A stretch of 63,995 nt of DNA, counting the filler, from an uncultured bacterium (GTDB lineage Bacteria; CAYSBA01): the NCBI GenBank assembly GCA_964429075.1. It is 5 parts of 5 records of this genome, joined end to end, with 100 filler letters (N's around TTAATTAATTAA, not from the genome) between each part and the next. Parts side by side here need not be neighbours in the genome. Positions count along the whole stretch, not along the records: positions 1 to 16,082 come from CAYSBA010000004.1; 4 more parts are not named here. One strand, written 5' to 3'. The notes beneath the pieces were generated by a model, which worked only from the letters and a program-made list of their open reading frames with translations, was not told the DNA's origin and made no database searches. This document shows positions 1-10,624 of the stretch, in pieces; position 1 is the stretch's first letter, and each line of letters opens with the position of its first letter. The translations under genes and the position numbers were made by a program.

Positions 1-1
1 A

Positions 2-1117
2 GTTAAGTAGTTCTAAGATACTCTCCTCATCAGCCCTTTTGTGGATGTAAACAGAACAAACAGTATCTTTGAGGTCAACAAGTTGTATGAGTGCAAAGTT
101 GCCATCTATAGATATATTTTTATAGTCAATGAATTTGAAAGGGACCATACCTCCCTCAACCAATATGGATGATCTGTATAATAAAATCCTGTCGATCAGG
201 TGATGTTTCAGAAGATTTGATATTATTCTTCTGCCACCTTCTACAAAAAGATTGTATATACCAATATCATACAGTCTGCTTACGAGATCAAATAGATCGA
301 TTTTTCTGCCATTCTTTTTACACTGTATCAGAGTGCACCCAAGGTCTTTAAGATATTTCTGTCTCTCAATAGGGGCATCTTCTGTATGGACAATGATGAG
401 TTTATCTGATGGATCTTTCAACAGGGTTGAGTTGTCAGGTATTTTTAAAAGAGTATCAAGTACTATCTTTCTGGTATCTGTTTTATACTCAGGATATCTA
501 ACACTTAGTGAAGGATTATCTTTTATTACTGTACCGATACCGACCATAATACCGTCTGATGTTGCTCTCCATCTCTGTAGATCACGCCATGCAAGCTCTG
601 ATGAGTGCCAGAAATTAAAAGAATCATGGAAAGATGAGGCTCCATCTAAGGTTGTTGCAATGTGTACTGTGATAAGCGGTCTTTTTTTTAGTTTTGCAAA
701 GAAATATGGCCGATTTATTGATATTGACCTGACTTGATTGATACCAGATATAACATCAACACCTGCACTGACCAGTCTGTAATAGCCCCTCCCTGATACT
801 CTTGGATCTGGATCAAAGGTTGCAAAGACAACCCTTTTTATACCACGTGAAATGATCAATTTACTGCAGGGTGGTGTGTTGCCATGATGGTCACAGGGTT
901 CAAGGTTTAAAACCAATTCTGCACCTTCTGCATTCTGCACCTTTGAAAGACACTCGGCTTCTGCATGCTCAGTCCCCGGACCTCTATGATAACCCCGAGC
1001 AACAATTACTCCATTTTTTAACAGTATCGCACCCACCTTTGGATTTGGTCCAGTCTTTAAAATGTATCGTTCTGCTATATCGAGTGCATGATTAATAAGA
1101 TAGTTGTATTTATTCAT
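2..1117 (-). CDS. ribD: Bifunctional riboflavin deaminase/reductase RibD (3' end runs off the window)
   Basis: Missing from the ORF track because no stop falls in the window. Both ends translated by hand: ATG at 1117 overlaps the nrdR stop and gives MNKYNYLINHALDIA..TGPNPKVGA..HAE..EPCDHHGNTPPC; the same frame near the window edge gives the C-terminal LFVEGG motif. nrdR-ribD order is classical. Confidence 0.93.
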   Translation of the reverse strand, partial: MNKYNYLINHALDIAERYILKTGPNPKVGAILLKNGVIVARGYHRGPGTEHAEAECLSKVQNAEGAELVLNLEPCDHHGNTPPCSKLIISRGIKRVVFATFDPDPRVSGRGYYRLVSAGVDVISGINQVRSISINRPYFFAKLKKRPLITVHIATTLDGASSFHDSFNFWHSSELAWRDLQRWRATSDGIMVGIGTVIKDNPSLSVRYPEYKTDTRKIVLDTLLKIPDNSTLLKDPSDKLIIVHTEDAPIERQKYLKDLGCTLIQCKKNGRKIDLFDLVSRLYDIGIYNLFVEGGRRIISNLLKHHLIDRILLYRSSILVEGGMVPFKFIDYKNISIDGNFALIQLVDLKDTVCSVYIHKRADEESILELLN

Positions 1118-1562
1118 CCTTCAGGGTATCCACTTCTGTTTTGAATTCATCAATATCTTCAAAATTTTTATATACACTTGCAAACCTTACGTATGCCACC
1201 TTATCCAGAACCTTAAGTCTCTCCATCACAAGCTCTCCAATTAAGATACTCTCAATCTCCTTTTTGCCGGAAGATCTTATATTTTCTTCAATCCTGTTTA
1301 CGAGGTCTTCGATCTGGTATATTGATACAGGTCTTTTCTGGCATGCTATTTGAATACCCCTTATAATCTTGTCTCGAAGGTAGGGCTCCCTTCGCTTGTC
1401 ACGTTTTATAACGACCGGGAATTGCTCCTCAACCCTTTCAAAGGTTGTAAACCTCTGATTACAACCTTCACACTCCCTCCTCCTCCTGACAGTGTTAGCT
1501 TCCCTATTCAGCCTTGAATCAATAACCCTTGTTTCTGGGTGATTACAGTATGGACATCTCAT
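1110..1562 (-). CDS. nrdR: Transcriptional repressor NrdR
   Basis: MRCPYC..VIDSR..RRRRECEGC..RFTTFE zinc ribbon, ATP cone, DKVAYVRFASVY. Confidence 0.98.
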   Translation of the reverse strand: MRCPYCNHPETRVIDSRLNREANTVRRRRECEGCNQRFTTFERVEEQFPVVIKRDKRREPYLRDKIIRGIQIACQKRPVSIYQIEDLVNRIEENIRSSGKKEIESILIGELVMERLKVLDKVAYVRFASVYKNFEDIDEFKTEVDTLKDE

Positions 1563-1658
1563 AATCCTTTGCCCTTTATAAATGTCCTTAAATACTTATT
1601 ACATCCAGTATTCTTTTGCAAGATAGACTGATAATCATAAGTTTTAGCTATATACATC

Positions 1659-1687
1659 TTGTAAAAAAAACTGTATTGTAATAGTAT
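1659..1687 (+). promoter_or_regulatory. Putative sigma70 promoter of the envelope operon
   Basis: TTGTAA-17 nt-TAGTAT. It puts +1 downstream of ATG 1688, which supports ATG 1721 with SD AAGGAGG. Confidence 0.5.
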
Positions 1688-1720
1688 ATGACTATTCATA
1701 ATTATAAAAAGGAGGAAGCA

Positions 1721-4588
1721 ATGTCAGCAAAGAGAATAAGATCATTCTGTTTCCTTTTTACTGTTGTTGCTATCTTTTCTTCTTGCAAGAAAAAAAAGGA
1801 TTCCGGTGTCAATTTTGGTCAGATAGATGATAGTAATAAAAAGAGCATACTCGGATGGGGTGAGGCAGCACAGGGTATGGTTGGTGACTACTACATAGAC
1901 AACGGAATTATCAGAGTCATAGTACAAAAACCAAATAGAGACATCGGACCCTGTCCCTATGGTGGGACACCTGTGGACATGTTTTATATTGACAATAGCA
2001 GCATATCAGGCTTTGATGAGTTTGGCGAGGTAATTCCCCTTATTGATGCTGCCCTAACAGTCGATTTCGAAACAGTAGAGTTTAATGAGGGTGAAGATGA
2101 TCAGGGTCCATACGGAGAGATTGTAGCTACAGGATACGATACAATCTGGGATTTTGTAAACATTGCAACAGTCCTTCCTGGAATGTCAGACCTCATTCAC
2201 TATGATACTAACGCCGATCTTCCAATAAAGGTTACCGCACACTACAGATTGAGAAAAAATCGTGAATATCTCGATGTCATCTACACAATCCAAAATCTCT
2301 CGGATAGCAACTTAGATATGTCTGTAGGAATTGTTGCAGATACTGGTGGAAGCATGGAGGTATTTTCTCCAACAAGGGGATTCAAACAGATGAGTGTCAA
2401 CGATCTTATGGCTGGCCTTGATGCCGTAGAATGGTTTGCCCATCTGGGGCGGGGTATAGGTTATTCCTTTGTCCCCTTCAACTTTAAAGAAAATAACAGT
2501 CTTACAACACCTATAAGTGAGGCTGCAATTACGGTTGCCGGGGTCTCTGTTGCAGTGATTGGATATAAAAAGACCCTTGATGCACTTACTAACAAATCGG
2601 ATTTTGTTTTGCCTGCAAATGGCCAGAAAGAATATGGCTTCAGGATATACGCTGGTAAAAAGGATATAGCATCATTATATTCAAAGATCTTGAATGATAG
2701 GGACATAGATGGTGTGAGAGTTGAAGGCAGTGTGGTTGATCCTGATGGTAATCCTGTTTCTGGTACCAGGATCGCTCTCGTTACCTCTGAAAATGTGGTA
2801 AAAACGGTATTTGAATCTGATAGTGATGGTAAATTTTCTGGACTTGTAGATCCCGGTACATACACAATGATATGTGATCATCTTGAGAGAGGGCAACAAC
2901 AAAAAGAACTTGAAGTAAAGAAAGGAATGTCCTCTGTGAAATGTGAACTTCCATCATCTGGTAGAGTTATGCTATCGGTTACCCAAAAGGATGGTACACC
3001 AACTCCGTGTAATATCACGGTTTATGGGGCTGATGATAGAAACAGGGATACAAGGCTTCGTGATGTTGCAAAAGGAAAGGGACATTTTCCTGAAGGTGTT
3101 GTAACAGTAGTACACATGCTGGAATGCGATTCTGGAGTATCAGGTGCAATAAACCTTGCTGCTGGTAGATACAGAGTGGTGGTTTCGCGTGGGCCTGAGT
3201 TTACTATAGTGGATAAGGTTGTGGACCTTAATGAAGGAGATTCTCTTACAATTTCCGGTACATTAGAGCGGGTTGTCGATACCTCTGGATACATAGCATC
3301 AGACCTGCATGTGCATAGTATTAACTCCCCTGACAGTCCAACAACATTAGAACAGCGAATTGCATCCTTTGTGGCAAATGGAATGGAGGTTATTGTATCT
3401 ACAGATCACGACTATGTTACCGATTATGCACCTGTCATAAAAGAACTAAATGTGTCTCCCTACATCACTTCTGTAATTGGTGAAGAGATCACCACCTGGG
3501 ATTATGGCCATTTCAATGCATATCCACTTATTATAGATCCAAACTCTCCCTCTCATGGAGCAGTCGACTGGGCAGGCGGAAGAGGCCCTGGTCTTACGCC
3601 TCAAGAGATATGGAACAAGGCAAGAGAAAAGGGTGCAGAGATCATACAGGTCAACCATCCCAGACACCCTTCAGGGGGGGCTGCTTTCCAACAATACTTC
3701 AATAGGGTTGGATTTACTGTAGATCCTGATAACGATTTTATTGGTTCAGATCCTGACAGGATGCCCTTTACCCCACAAGAATTGAGGATGCCAGAAGGTG
3801 CAGAAATGCTATCCTTTGATTTTGATACCTTTGAAATCTACAACGGCTTTCATGTAAAGGATGCCAATAAAGATGGGATCTTAGAAGATGAGAATGTAGA
3901 TCTAAATCTAAGGGCATGGTTTGACATGCTCTCCTTTGGGATAATAAAAACTGCTGTTGCCGTTACAGATACGCACTCACCCTTTTTGGATTTTCCAGGA
4001 TTCCCGAGGACATATGTGGGAGTTGATAATGATGATCCACAGACAATTGAAGAATCTGATTTTATCTCTGGTTTAAAAGACAGAAGAGATGCAATAATGA
4101 CAAATACACCCTTTATAAGGGTTACCGATCCTGATGGTAACAATCTAATTGGTAAGACAATTACTGTTGATCCATCAAGTGTAGTTATGCATGTGGATAT
4201 TCAGTCACCAGCATGGGCAGGTGTTGATACACTTGAGGTATTCATAAACAAAATCTATAAGATCCCAGAAGAACAGGAAGATAAGTTTATGAATCCTCAG
4301 ATAGTCATTTCCCTCGATGATACTATGGGTGGACTGGAAAATGATAAACTCTGGCACTATGTGATTGATGTAGATCTATCTGAGTATGTTCAGCAGGATT
4401 CATGGGTTGTGTTTAGAGTATCAGGTATGAATTATTCAATCTTTCCTGTGGTATTTGAAGATATCTCTGCTGATCCAGAAGATATCATATCCGGCAATGC
4501 GGATAATGAGGGCATATTCCCGATGGCTATAACAAATGCAATCCTGTTAGATACTGATGGCAACGGAAGGTTTGATCCACCGTATTAA
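1721..4588 (+). CDS. Lipoprotein, CehA/McbA-like PHP-domain metallohydrolase with N-terminal beta-sandwich and carboxypeptidase-regulatory-like domains
   Basis: Lipobox-like IFSSC followed by KKKK. PHP metal motifs DLHVHS, STDHD, GEEITT..GHFN, QVNHPR, EIYNG, TDTH. Start moved from 1688 to 1721 on SD evidence. Confidence 0.82.
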   Translation: MSAKRIRSFCFLFTVVAIFSSCKKKKDSGVNFGQIDDSNKKSILGWGEAAQGMVGDYYIDNGIIRVIVQKPNRDIGPCPYGGTPVDMFYIDNSSISGFDEFGEVIPLIDAALTVDFETVEFNEGEDDQGPYGEIVATGYDTIWDFVNIATVLPGMSDLIHYDTNADLPIKVTAHYRLRKNREYLDVIYTIQNLSDSNLDMSVGIVADTGGSMEVFSPTRGFKQMSVNDLMAGLDAVEWFAHLGRGIGYSFVPFNFKENNSLTTPISEAAITVAGVSVAVIGYKKTLDALTNKSDFVLPANGQKEYGFRIYAGKKDIASLYSKILNDRDIDGVRVEGSVVDPDGNPVSGTRIALVTSENVVKTVFESDSDGKFSGLVDPGTYTMICDHLERGQQQKELEVKKGMSSVKCELPSSGRVMLSVTQKDGTPTPCNITVYGADDRNRDTRLRDVAKGKGHFPEGVVTVVHMLECDSGVSGAINLAAGRYRVVVSRGPEFTIVDKVVDLNEGDSLTISGTLERVVDTSGYIASDLHVHSINSPDSPTTLEQRIASFVANGMEVIVSTDHDYVTDYAPVIKELNVSPYITSVIGEEITTWDYGHFNAYPLIIDPNSPSHGAVDWAGGRGPGLTPQEIWNKAREKGAEIIQVNHPRHPSGGAAFQQYFNRVGFTVDPDNDFIGSDPDRMPFTPQELRMPEGAEMLSFDFDTFEIYNGFHVKDANKDGILEDENVDLNLRAWFDMLSFGIIKTAVAVTDTHSPFLDFPGFPRTYVGVDNDDPQTIEESDFISGLKDRRDAIMTNTPFIRVTDPDGNNLIGKTITVDPSSVVMHVDIQSPAWAGVDTLEVFINKIYKIPEEQEDKFMNPQIVISLDDTMGGLENDKLWHYVIDVDLSEYVQQDSWVVFRVSGMNYSIFPVVFEDISADPEDIISGNADNEGIFPMAITNAILLDTDGNGRFDPPY

Positions 4589-4605
4589 TAAATCAAATTC
4601 TAACT

Positions 4606-5631
4606 ATGATAAAAAGGGGACAGGGTGCTATTGTTGTTGTTATACTTTTATGTCTGAATCATACCCTTGCATATTCAGGATATGACCCTGAAGGTTTTGT
4701 TGTACTATCAGATCAAAGGGATATAGAGCTTCCAAAAGAAATAACCACAAAAACTGGATTTACACCATGTTCAAAAATCCTTCGAGATCGGTTTTATCCT
4801 GATAAAAATAGGCTCAAGGAGGCCAAATTAAACTACTCAAAATCTTTGAAAGAGTTTCTTAACCTGAAGTATAATGATGCGATAAATCATCTTTCATCTA
4901 CACTCAAACTTGCAACAGAGGCAGGAGCAGATGGCTTTTATATCTACAAAAATTCCCTTGTGTTGCTTATTAAGATTTATTTAATGCAACACAGAGAGAT
5001 AGATGCCCTTTCTGCTGCCTATCTTCTCTCAATCCTTGATGGAAAGGATGTATGGGAAAACACAAATCTTTCGCCAGAGGAGAGAAGGACTATTTTTTTA
5101 TTGTGGCAGGACAGACTTTCTGAACTCAGATTAAGTCCCATTTTGAAAAATCCTGGTGAATTCAAGTTATTCATCTTTGGTAAAATAAGGATCTACCCCT
5201 CGTCAAAGATGCCGTCAGGGTATATCCTTCCCATAATGGCCTATACAGAAAATGGAGATATTATTATGAAAAAGGTAACAGTTGGCCATAATCATGTAAT
5301 CTTTGATAACCTTGATAAAATATTAACTGGTGGAAGGCTTGTATGCCTTTTAAATAGGTTTCCTGATAAAAGGGCTATTTCAGACCTTGAAAGAAGAGAG
5401 ATCAGATCTTTTTACTGGCTGCAAGACAGTAGACATCTTGACCTCTATTCAACAAGATCAAAAAGATTGTTGGAAAGAGCAGACCTCTCTAAAGATAGCA
5501 AAAAAGCAACCACAGGATTTGGGGCAATTGCTGCCATCACATCCTTTATTGTATCAGCAATAGTACTGATAGGAGTGGTGTTTATACCGGACAAAAACAG
5601 GGTAGGGATAATTGTTAAACATCCAGAATAA
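4606..5631 (+). CDS. Hypothetical exported protein with a helical (TPR-like) segment and a C-terminal hydrophobic anchor
   Basis: 341-aa ORF in an operon. Signal peptide ending AYS; C-terminal GFGAIAAITSFIVSAIVLIGVVF. Confidence 0.6.
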   Translation: MIKRGQGAIVVVILLCLNHTLAYSGYDPEGFVVLSDQRDIELPKEITTKTGFTPCSKILRDRFYPDKNRLKEAKLNYSKSLKEFLNLKYNDAINHLSSTLKLATEAGADGFYIYKNSLVLLIKIYLMQHREIDALSAAYLLSILDGKDVWENTNLSPEERRTIFLLWQDRLSELRLSPILKNPGEFKLFIFGKIRIYPSSKMPSGYILPIMAYTENGDIIMKKVTVGHNHVIFDNLDKILTGGRLVCLLNRFPDKRAISDLERREIRSFYWLQDSRHLDLYSTRSKRLLERADLSKDSKKATTGFGAIAAITSFIVSAIVLIGVVFIPDKNRVGIIVKHPE

Positions 5632-6883
5632 AAAGATAAAATTGTCATTACTGATATTTCTATCTATGGTAATTGTCTCATGCTACAGAGGGACCACCGT
5701 TGTGATTGAGCCACATCTATCTGAGGAGCTGTCATATCTCAAAGATATAAACACAGATGTCGATATTTTTTTAAGATGTAACAATAAAGTCTTAAAAGAT
5801 AGTGCTATATTAGACAAAGATTTTACAGTAGATTGCCCTACAGAGATTGCAGATATGGCTATTCAATTTAAGGATAACAACGGTAGGGTGGTTGCAGAGG
5901 GCTCAATAAAGGATATCAAATTGACTGAAGAGACAGTACGTATTTCAATTCCCATTGTACCGTACAAGAAATTTGGACATTTTATCATTCCTGATCTCAC
6001 TATTACTGATGTTTGTGATTGCACATTTAAAGACGGGAAGCTCTTGGTTTACAGTAAAAGAGACAAATCTATAGCCCTTATTGATCCATACTCTTTGAAT
6101 CTTTTAGAAAAAAAAGAGTTGGCATTAGGGAAAAGTAATGCCAGGACAGATGGCAATCTTTACTGGTGGGATGGTAAATCTCTATGGAGTATAGGACCTG
6201 ATCTTTCCCTTTTAACAAAGACCATAAATGTTCCTGATAATGCTTCTGTATGTTTTGCAGAGGATGGAGATGTTGTAGTAAGCGGAGGAAAGATAAATGG
6301 AGAGACAATAACAGATATAACATTCTATAATAGGGATGGCAGAATAAAAAGTGTATCAGATATGATTGTTCCGCGCTACGATCATGGAAGTATCATTTTT
6401 GATAACAGATTAATAGTACTTGGTGGAGTTGATTCAGAGTCATCAAAGACACTTGAAATTCTGACACTTGATAATACATCCCATAAAAAGATATATCTTT
6501 CTGTTACATTTGAAAAAGAGATCAATCTTATACCCCTGAACAACAGACTATTGTTGCTCGGTCTTAGTGATAATGATTCATTTGAGAGTCTTTTGTTTGA
6601 TCCAAAGAATATCACCTTTGAAAGTACAGAGATACAGGAAAGACATAACTACGACACTGTGATTGGTGACAACTATGTATATCTTACAGGAGGTTTTAAT
6701 AGATTTGGTAATCCATATGACTCGGTATTAAAGATAGACAAGATCCACTTTCTGCAGAAGGAGATCTTTAATGAAGGACACACTTCAATGTGTGGTTGCC
6801 CAGGTTATTGGGACCATCTTATCATCATTGAGACTAATAACAGGATTGCTTTCTTTGAGCCTGATCCTTGGTGGCTGTATTAA
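5612..6883 (+). CDS. Lipoprotein with a Kelch-like beta-propeller
   Basis: Lipobox VIVSC. Kelch-like motifs VVVSGG, PRYDHGS..LIVLGG, VYLTGG. Confidence 0.65.
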   Translation: MLNIQNKKIKLSLLIFLSMVIVSCYRGTTVVIEPHLSEELSYLKDINTDVDIFLRCNNKVLKDSAILDKDFTVDCPTEIADMAIQFKDNNGRVVAEGSIKDIKLTEETVRISIPIVPYKKFGHFIIPDLTITDVCDCTFKDGKLLVYSKRDKSIALIDPYSLNLLEKKELALGKSNARTDGNLYWWDGKSLWSIGPDLSLLTKTINVPDNASVCFAEDGDVVVSGGKINGETITDITFYNRDGRIKSVSDMIVPRYDHGSIIFDNRLIVLGGVDSESSKTLEILTLDNTSHKKIYLSVTFEKEINLIPLNNRLLLLGLSDNDSFESLLFDPKNITFESTEIQERHNYDTVIGDNYVYLTGGFNRFGNPYDSVLKIDKIHFLQKEIFNEGHTSMCGCPGYWDHLIIIETNNRIAFFEPDPWWLY

Positions 6884-8792
6884 CCTGCCACCAGTTGCCG
6901 ATGCAGGCCCTGATCATCAGACACTTACAGGAAGGGTTGTCCTGCTCGACGGCTCAAATAGTATCGATCCAGATGGAGATAGATTAACTTACAGATGGGA
7001 GCTGGTAGATAGTAAAAAATGCAGTCCAGCAACATCTGAAAATTCTGTTCTATCGGTTGTATGTAATTCTGAAGGAGACTATAGATATAGGTTAACTGTA
7101 ACAGACAGAATGGGACAATCTGACAGTGACACTACTCTTATAAATGTTAGATCTGGGCTGATTGATATCTTGGGTCCAGATTCTATAAGACTTGGTCAAA
7201 GGGCATCGTTTGTTGCAACTCTGCTCTATCCAGAGAAAGAACACACATTCAGATGGTACCTCAATAGTATTCCAGAAAATGATGAACCACTGTGGGGTTT
7301 TGAAGGGTCCAATTTCTTCATTGTGCCGGATGTCCCTCATGCAGAATATGAAGTGGGAGTTGATGCAAACGATTCGATAGGTATAATTGCCACAAAACTC
7401 AAAAAGTTATCGGTGGAAAACAGCAATCCACAGATTATTCTACAAGATCAAACAATATACACCGTACCAGGACATGAGATTACAATAAATGTAGACGTAG
7501 AGGATCCTGACAGTGATCCTGTTGATATAGCCTGGGATGTTGAGGATGCACCTTCACAGGACTACACACTGGAAACAGACGGAAAAGTTGCCCGTCTGAA
7601 GACCTCACCAGATGTAAGTGGTATCTATACTATAAAGATAACAGCAAAGGATAGCTATGGTGGCATTGATACTAAAAATGTAACAATTGTTGCAGATATA
7701 AAATCTGAACAGATAGATCTGGAATATCCAGAGAGTATTAATTATCACTGTTACCCAGAAGACCTATTATGTGAAGCATACATAACTGTTGGTGTTGATC
7801 CTGAAGGCATTGTTGATGGCATTTCACTTGATTTGATTGACCCACAGAACCAGGCAGACATTGTAACAGATGTTGTAGATGATAGCTTCTTTAGTTTCAG
7901 AATAGTAGTACCGTATGGTTCAAGGTTATCTGGTGATTATTCAATAGAGGTAGTTATAACTACACCCTGGCAAAAAAACTATACGAAGGTCATTAATACA
8001 CAGATTCTGAGTGAAGCGCCAGAGTTGCAGCTCCCTTGGCAGATTTTGGTACAACATAGATATTTTGGTAATAAATACTCTGTTGAGATTGATCTGGATA
8101 AGGAATTATCACACCCATTCTTTGAAGATCCTGAAAATAATGCAGTCACTGGTGAATGGAGAGTCGAATCCCCTCTGGTTCCAGAGGTTAGCAAAGAGGG
8201 ACAGTGGCCTTTTCAGAAGATCATTGTATCATCAAGTAACTCTAACCTAATAAATGATGGTTTTATACTTTACATTGATCTGGTAGATCCTGATGGTAAT
8301 CAAGAAGGGGCTGGTATAATTATAGTTCCGACCAATTCACCCCCTGTTTTTCTTGATGAACATCTTGATATTGTTGAAGGTGGACCATCGGTATGTATGA
8401 CCGATAGCTCTGGTAGTATTTATGCACTTGGAAGACTACGACTCTCTTACAGATTTCTCCCCTACGATCCAGATGGTGATCCACTGACCTATTACAGTGT
8501 AATAGAAAAGATATATGGAAATAACACGAAAAATACATTTACCCTTGATAGTGAAACAGTTAGCCTGTCTCAGACAAGCAATAAAAAAGACATAACATCA
8601 GGATTAACACAGACAAGTGAATTAAAAGTTGAGGCGAGTCACATGGTACATGACTGTCTGGACAATTATACAGAGGGTGTTTATAAGGAACGTATAGTAT
8701 GGGAGCATTTTATAAAAGATCCATTTTTAGATACACCTGTAGAAAGTGTATCTGATATAGAAGTTGGTAGTTGTCATGGAGCATGCTATTGA
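6771..8792 (+). CDS. Lipoprotein with PKD/Ig-like (cadherin-like) repeats; start may be TTG 6828
   Basis: Lipobox ILGGC, then NLPPVADAGPD..VLLDGSNSIDPDGDRLTYRW (PKD/K319L-like), and repeated DPDGD-type motifs. Confidence 0.72.
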   Translation: MKDTLQCVVAQVIGTILSSLRLITGLLSLSLILGGCINLPPVADAGPDHQTLTGRVVLLDGSNSIDPDGDRLTYRWELVDSKKCSPATSENSVLSVVCNSEGDYRYRLTVTDRMGQSDSDTTLINVRSGLIDILGPDSIRLGQRASFVATLLYPEKEHTFRWYLNSIPENDEPLWGFEGSNFFIVPDVPHAEYEVGVDANDSIGIIATKLKKLSVENSNPQIILQDQTIYTVPGHEITINVDVEDPDSDPVDIAWDVEDAPSQDYTLETDGKVARLKTSPDVSGIYTIKITAKDSYGGIDTKNVTIVADIKSEQIDLEYPESINYHCYPEDLLCEAYITVGVDPEGIVDGISLDLIDPQNQADIVTDVVDDSFFSFRIVVPYGSRLSGDYSIEVVITTPWQKNYTKVINTQILSEAPELQLPWQILVQHRYFGNKYSVEIDLDKELSHPFFEDPENNAVTGEWRVESPLVPEVSKEGQWPFQKIIVSSSNSNLINDGFILYIDLVDPDGNQEGAGIIIVPTNSPPVFLDEHLDIVEGGPSVCMTDSSGSIYALGRLRLSYRFLPYDPDGDPLTYYSVIEKIYGNNTKNTFTLDSETVSLSQTSNKKDITSGLTQTSELKVEASHMVHDCLDNYTEGVYKERIVWEHFIKDPFLDTPVESVSDIEVGSCHGACY

Positions 8793-9337
8793 ATAGAGTT
8801 GGCAGGATATCAGTTTCACTTGTTATATTAATTGTTGTTGTATCACTGAACTGGATTACCTTCAAAAAGGAGGGTCCTGTATTGTTTTACAGAGTCCTTC
8901 TCAAAGATCCTCCAAGACCGATTCCGGATCTTAAGTTAAAAGATAAAGATGAAAAACCATATGGGTTGAAAACCTCTGGTGGTAAACCACTTATACTGAA
9001 TTTCTGGGCATCATGGTGTGAGCCCTGCAGACTCGAGATGCCATCACTTAATACATTTTCAAGGGAGTTTATAAAAGAGGGTTACAGGGTAGTAGCAGCT
9101 TCAGTTAACGATTCATTTCTTGAGGTAAAAAGATTTTTTGGTAGCACCTGGCCTTTTTTTGAAGTACTCTGGGATAAAGGAGGTGATGTTGCTGCATCAC
9201 TTGGCACAGTCCAGTATCCAGAAACCTATCTTATCAGATCTGATGGAAGAGAGGTGGCAAGGTTTATAGGCGATGTAAACTGGAATTCCATGAATGTAAA
9301 AGATTATGTAAGATCTTCTATTGGTCCTGAGAAATGA
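8783..9337 (+). CDS. TlpA-family thiol-disulfide oxidoreductase, membrane anchored
   Basis: LNFWASWCEPCRLEMPSL and YPETYLI; N-terminal TM. ATG 8783 with GGAG preferred over TTG 8771. Confidence 0.92.
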   Translation: MLLNRVGRISVSLVILIVVVSLNWITFKKEGPVLFYRVLLKDPPRPIPDLKLKDKDEKPYGLKTSGGKPLILNFWASWCEPCRLEMPSLNTFSREFIKEGYRVVAASVNDSFLEVKRFFGSTWPFFEVLWDKGGDVAASLGTVQYPETYLIRSDGREVARFIGDVNWNSMNVKDYVRSSIGPEK

Positions 9338-10623
9338 GGCTCAGGATAACTTTATGCCTGTTTCTATGTATTATTTCTACTATCAGTCTTGATATCTCCT
9401 ATGCCTCAGTCTTTGACTTTGGAGCCGGTAGATGGGGTGTGGAAAATATAGTTGGTGCCTCAATAGAGGGTAACCCTGTATGGGCATACTTTAATCCTGC
9501 TTCGATTACATCAAAAAAAGGACATCTTGAACTTATGTTAGGAACTGGTGGTTTTGTCTCTGGTTTTAACAGATCAAAAAGTATCTCTGGCAATTCAAAT
9601 CTTTTTGGATTGGGGCTTGTTATACCATTAAGGCTACAAAAAAATCTCAAAAATAGAATAACTCTTGGTTTCTTAATGACAACACCCTTTACCATCCATA
9701 TGATAATGCAGACCATTGATGAGCCTCGTTTTCTTTATTTTCAGGACAGACTCGATAGGATCATGCTGATCCCTGCTATATCGATAAAGCTGCTCAACTG
9801 GTTAACCCTGGGCCTTTCTATAAACTATGGGACCTTTCTGAATGGATGGATTGATGTAAGAACTGCCTATAGAGGTGGTTTCAATCCCTGGGTTGAAGAG
9901 GATTTCGGAGGTACTGTAAGTTCAATTTTTGGTCTTTTGCTGACAAAATGGGATCTAAATATCGGGTTGTCTTACAGACATATGAGCTGGATACCGATTG
10001 AAAATATGGTCCTTGTAGACTATTATGGAGACAGGATCACCTTTGGACTTATGGCAGATACCTTTTATACCCCATCAGTCTACAGATTGTCTGTTTCAAA
10101 GGACTTAAAGGGTGATTTCAAAATCGCTCTGGACATTCAATATCAACGCTGGTCACTGTACGATGGCGGTGTCTTGAATATAAATGCCTATGTAACAGAT
10201 GTGATATCTTCAAGACTTAAAAAAATAGATACTTTGCCAGATGAGATATCTTTCAGGGACATTATAATTCCGGGTTTTGGTATCTGGTGGCATGGGGATA
10301 TTGGGGGTATTAAAATAAACACACAGATTGGTTATGCCTATGTGCCGGGATTTACAACAGAGGCCACATCCCCCACACTTATTGACAACAATAAACATAT
10401 AATCGGTCTTGGAATAGGTATAGAGAGAAGTGGATTCGGTCTTTCTATTGGGGCGCAAGGAGTTTACATGGAACCCTTCAGACCTTCTGTCTCTATAGAT
10501 AATGCTGTACCAATCAGTAAACAGGATTTATCCTTTATTACAAAAAGCAGGATATTTGGTGTAGAAAGGGTATGGGCTGAGGGTGGTTTTATCTGGATAA
10601 CTCTTTCTGCAGGTCTGAAATAG
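9334..10623 (+). CDS. Outer-membrane beta-barrel, FadL/OmpP1-like (divergent)
   Basis: Signal peptide, AYFNPAS plug motif, alternating amphipathic strands, DIQYQRWS motif. Confidence 0.65.
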   Translation: MRLRITLCLFLCIISTISLDISYASVFDFGAGRWGVENIVGASIEGNPVWAYFNPASITSKKGHLELMLGTGGFVSGFNRSKSISGNSNLFGLGLVIPLRLQKNLKNRITLGFLMTTPFTIHMIMQTIDEPRFLYFQDRLDRIMLIPAISIKLLNWLTLGLSINYGTFLNGWIDVRTAYRGGFNPWVEEDFGGTVSSIFGLLLTKWDLNIGLSYRHMSWIPIENMVLVDYYGDRITFGLMADTFYTPSVYRLSVSKDLKGDFKIALDIQYQRWSLYDGGVLNINAYVTDVISSRLKKIDTLPDEISFRDIIIPGFGIWWHGDIGGIKINTQIGYAYVPGFTTEATSPTLIDNNKHIIGLGIGIERSGFGLSIGAQGVYMEPFRPSVSIDNAVPISKQDLSFITKSRIFGVERVWAEGGFIWITLSAGLK

Positions 10624-10624
10624 A

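Noticed and set aside
169..1095. Plus-strand track ORFs 169-351, 252-737 and 871-1095
   Set aside because: Antisense shadows of ribD on the minus strand
1624..1642. Fur-box-like TGATAATCAT upstream of the envelope operon
   Set aside because: Only 13/19 match with a poor right half, in AT-rich DNA; too weak to call
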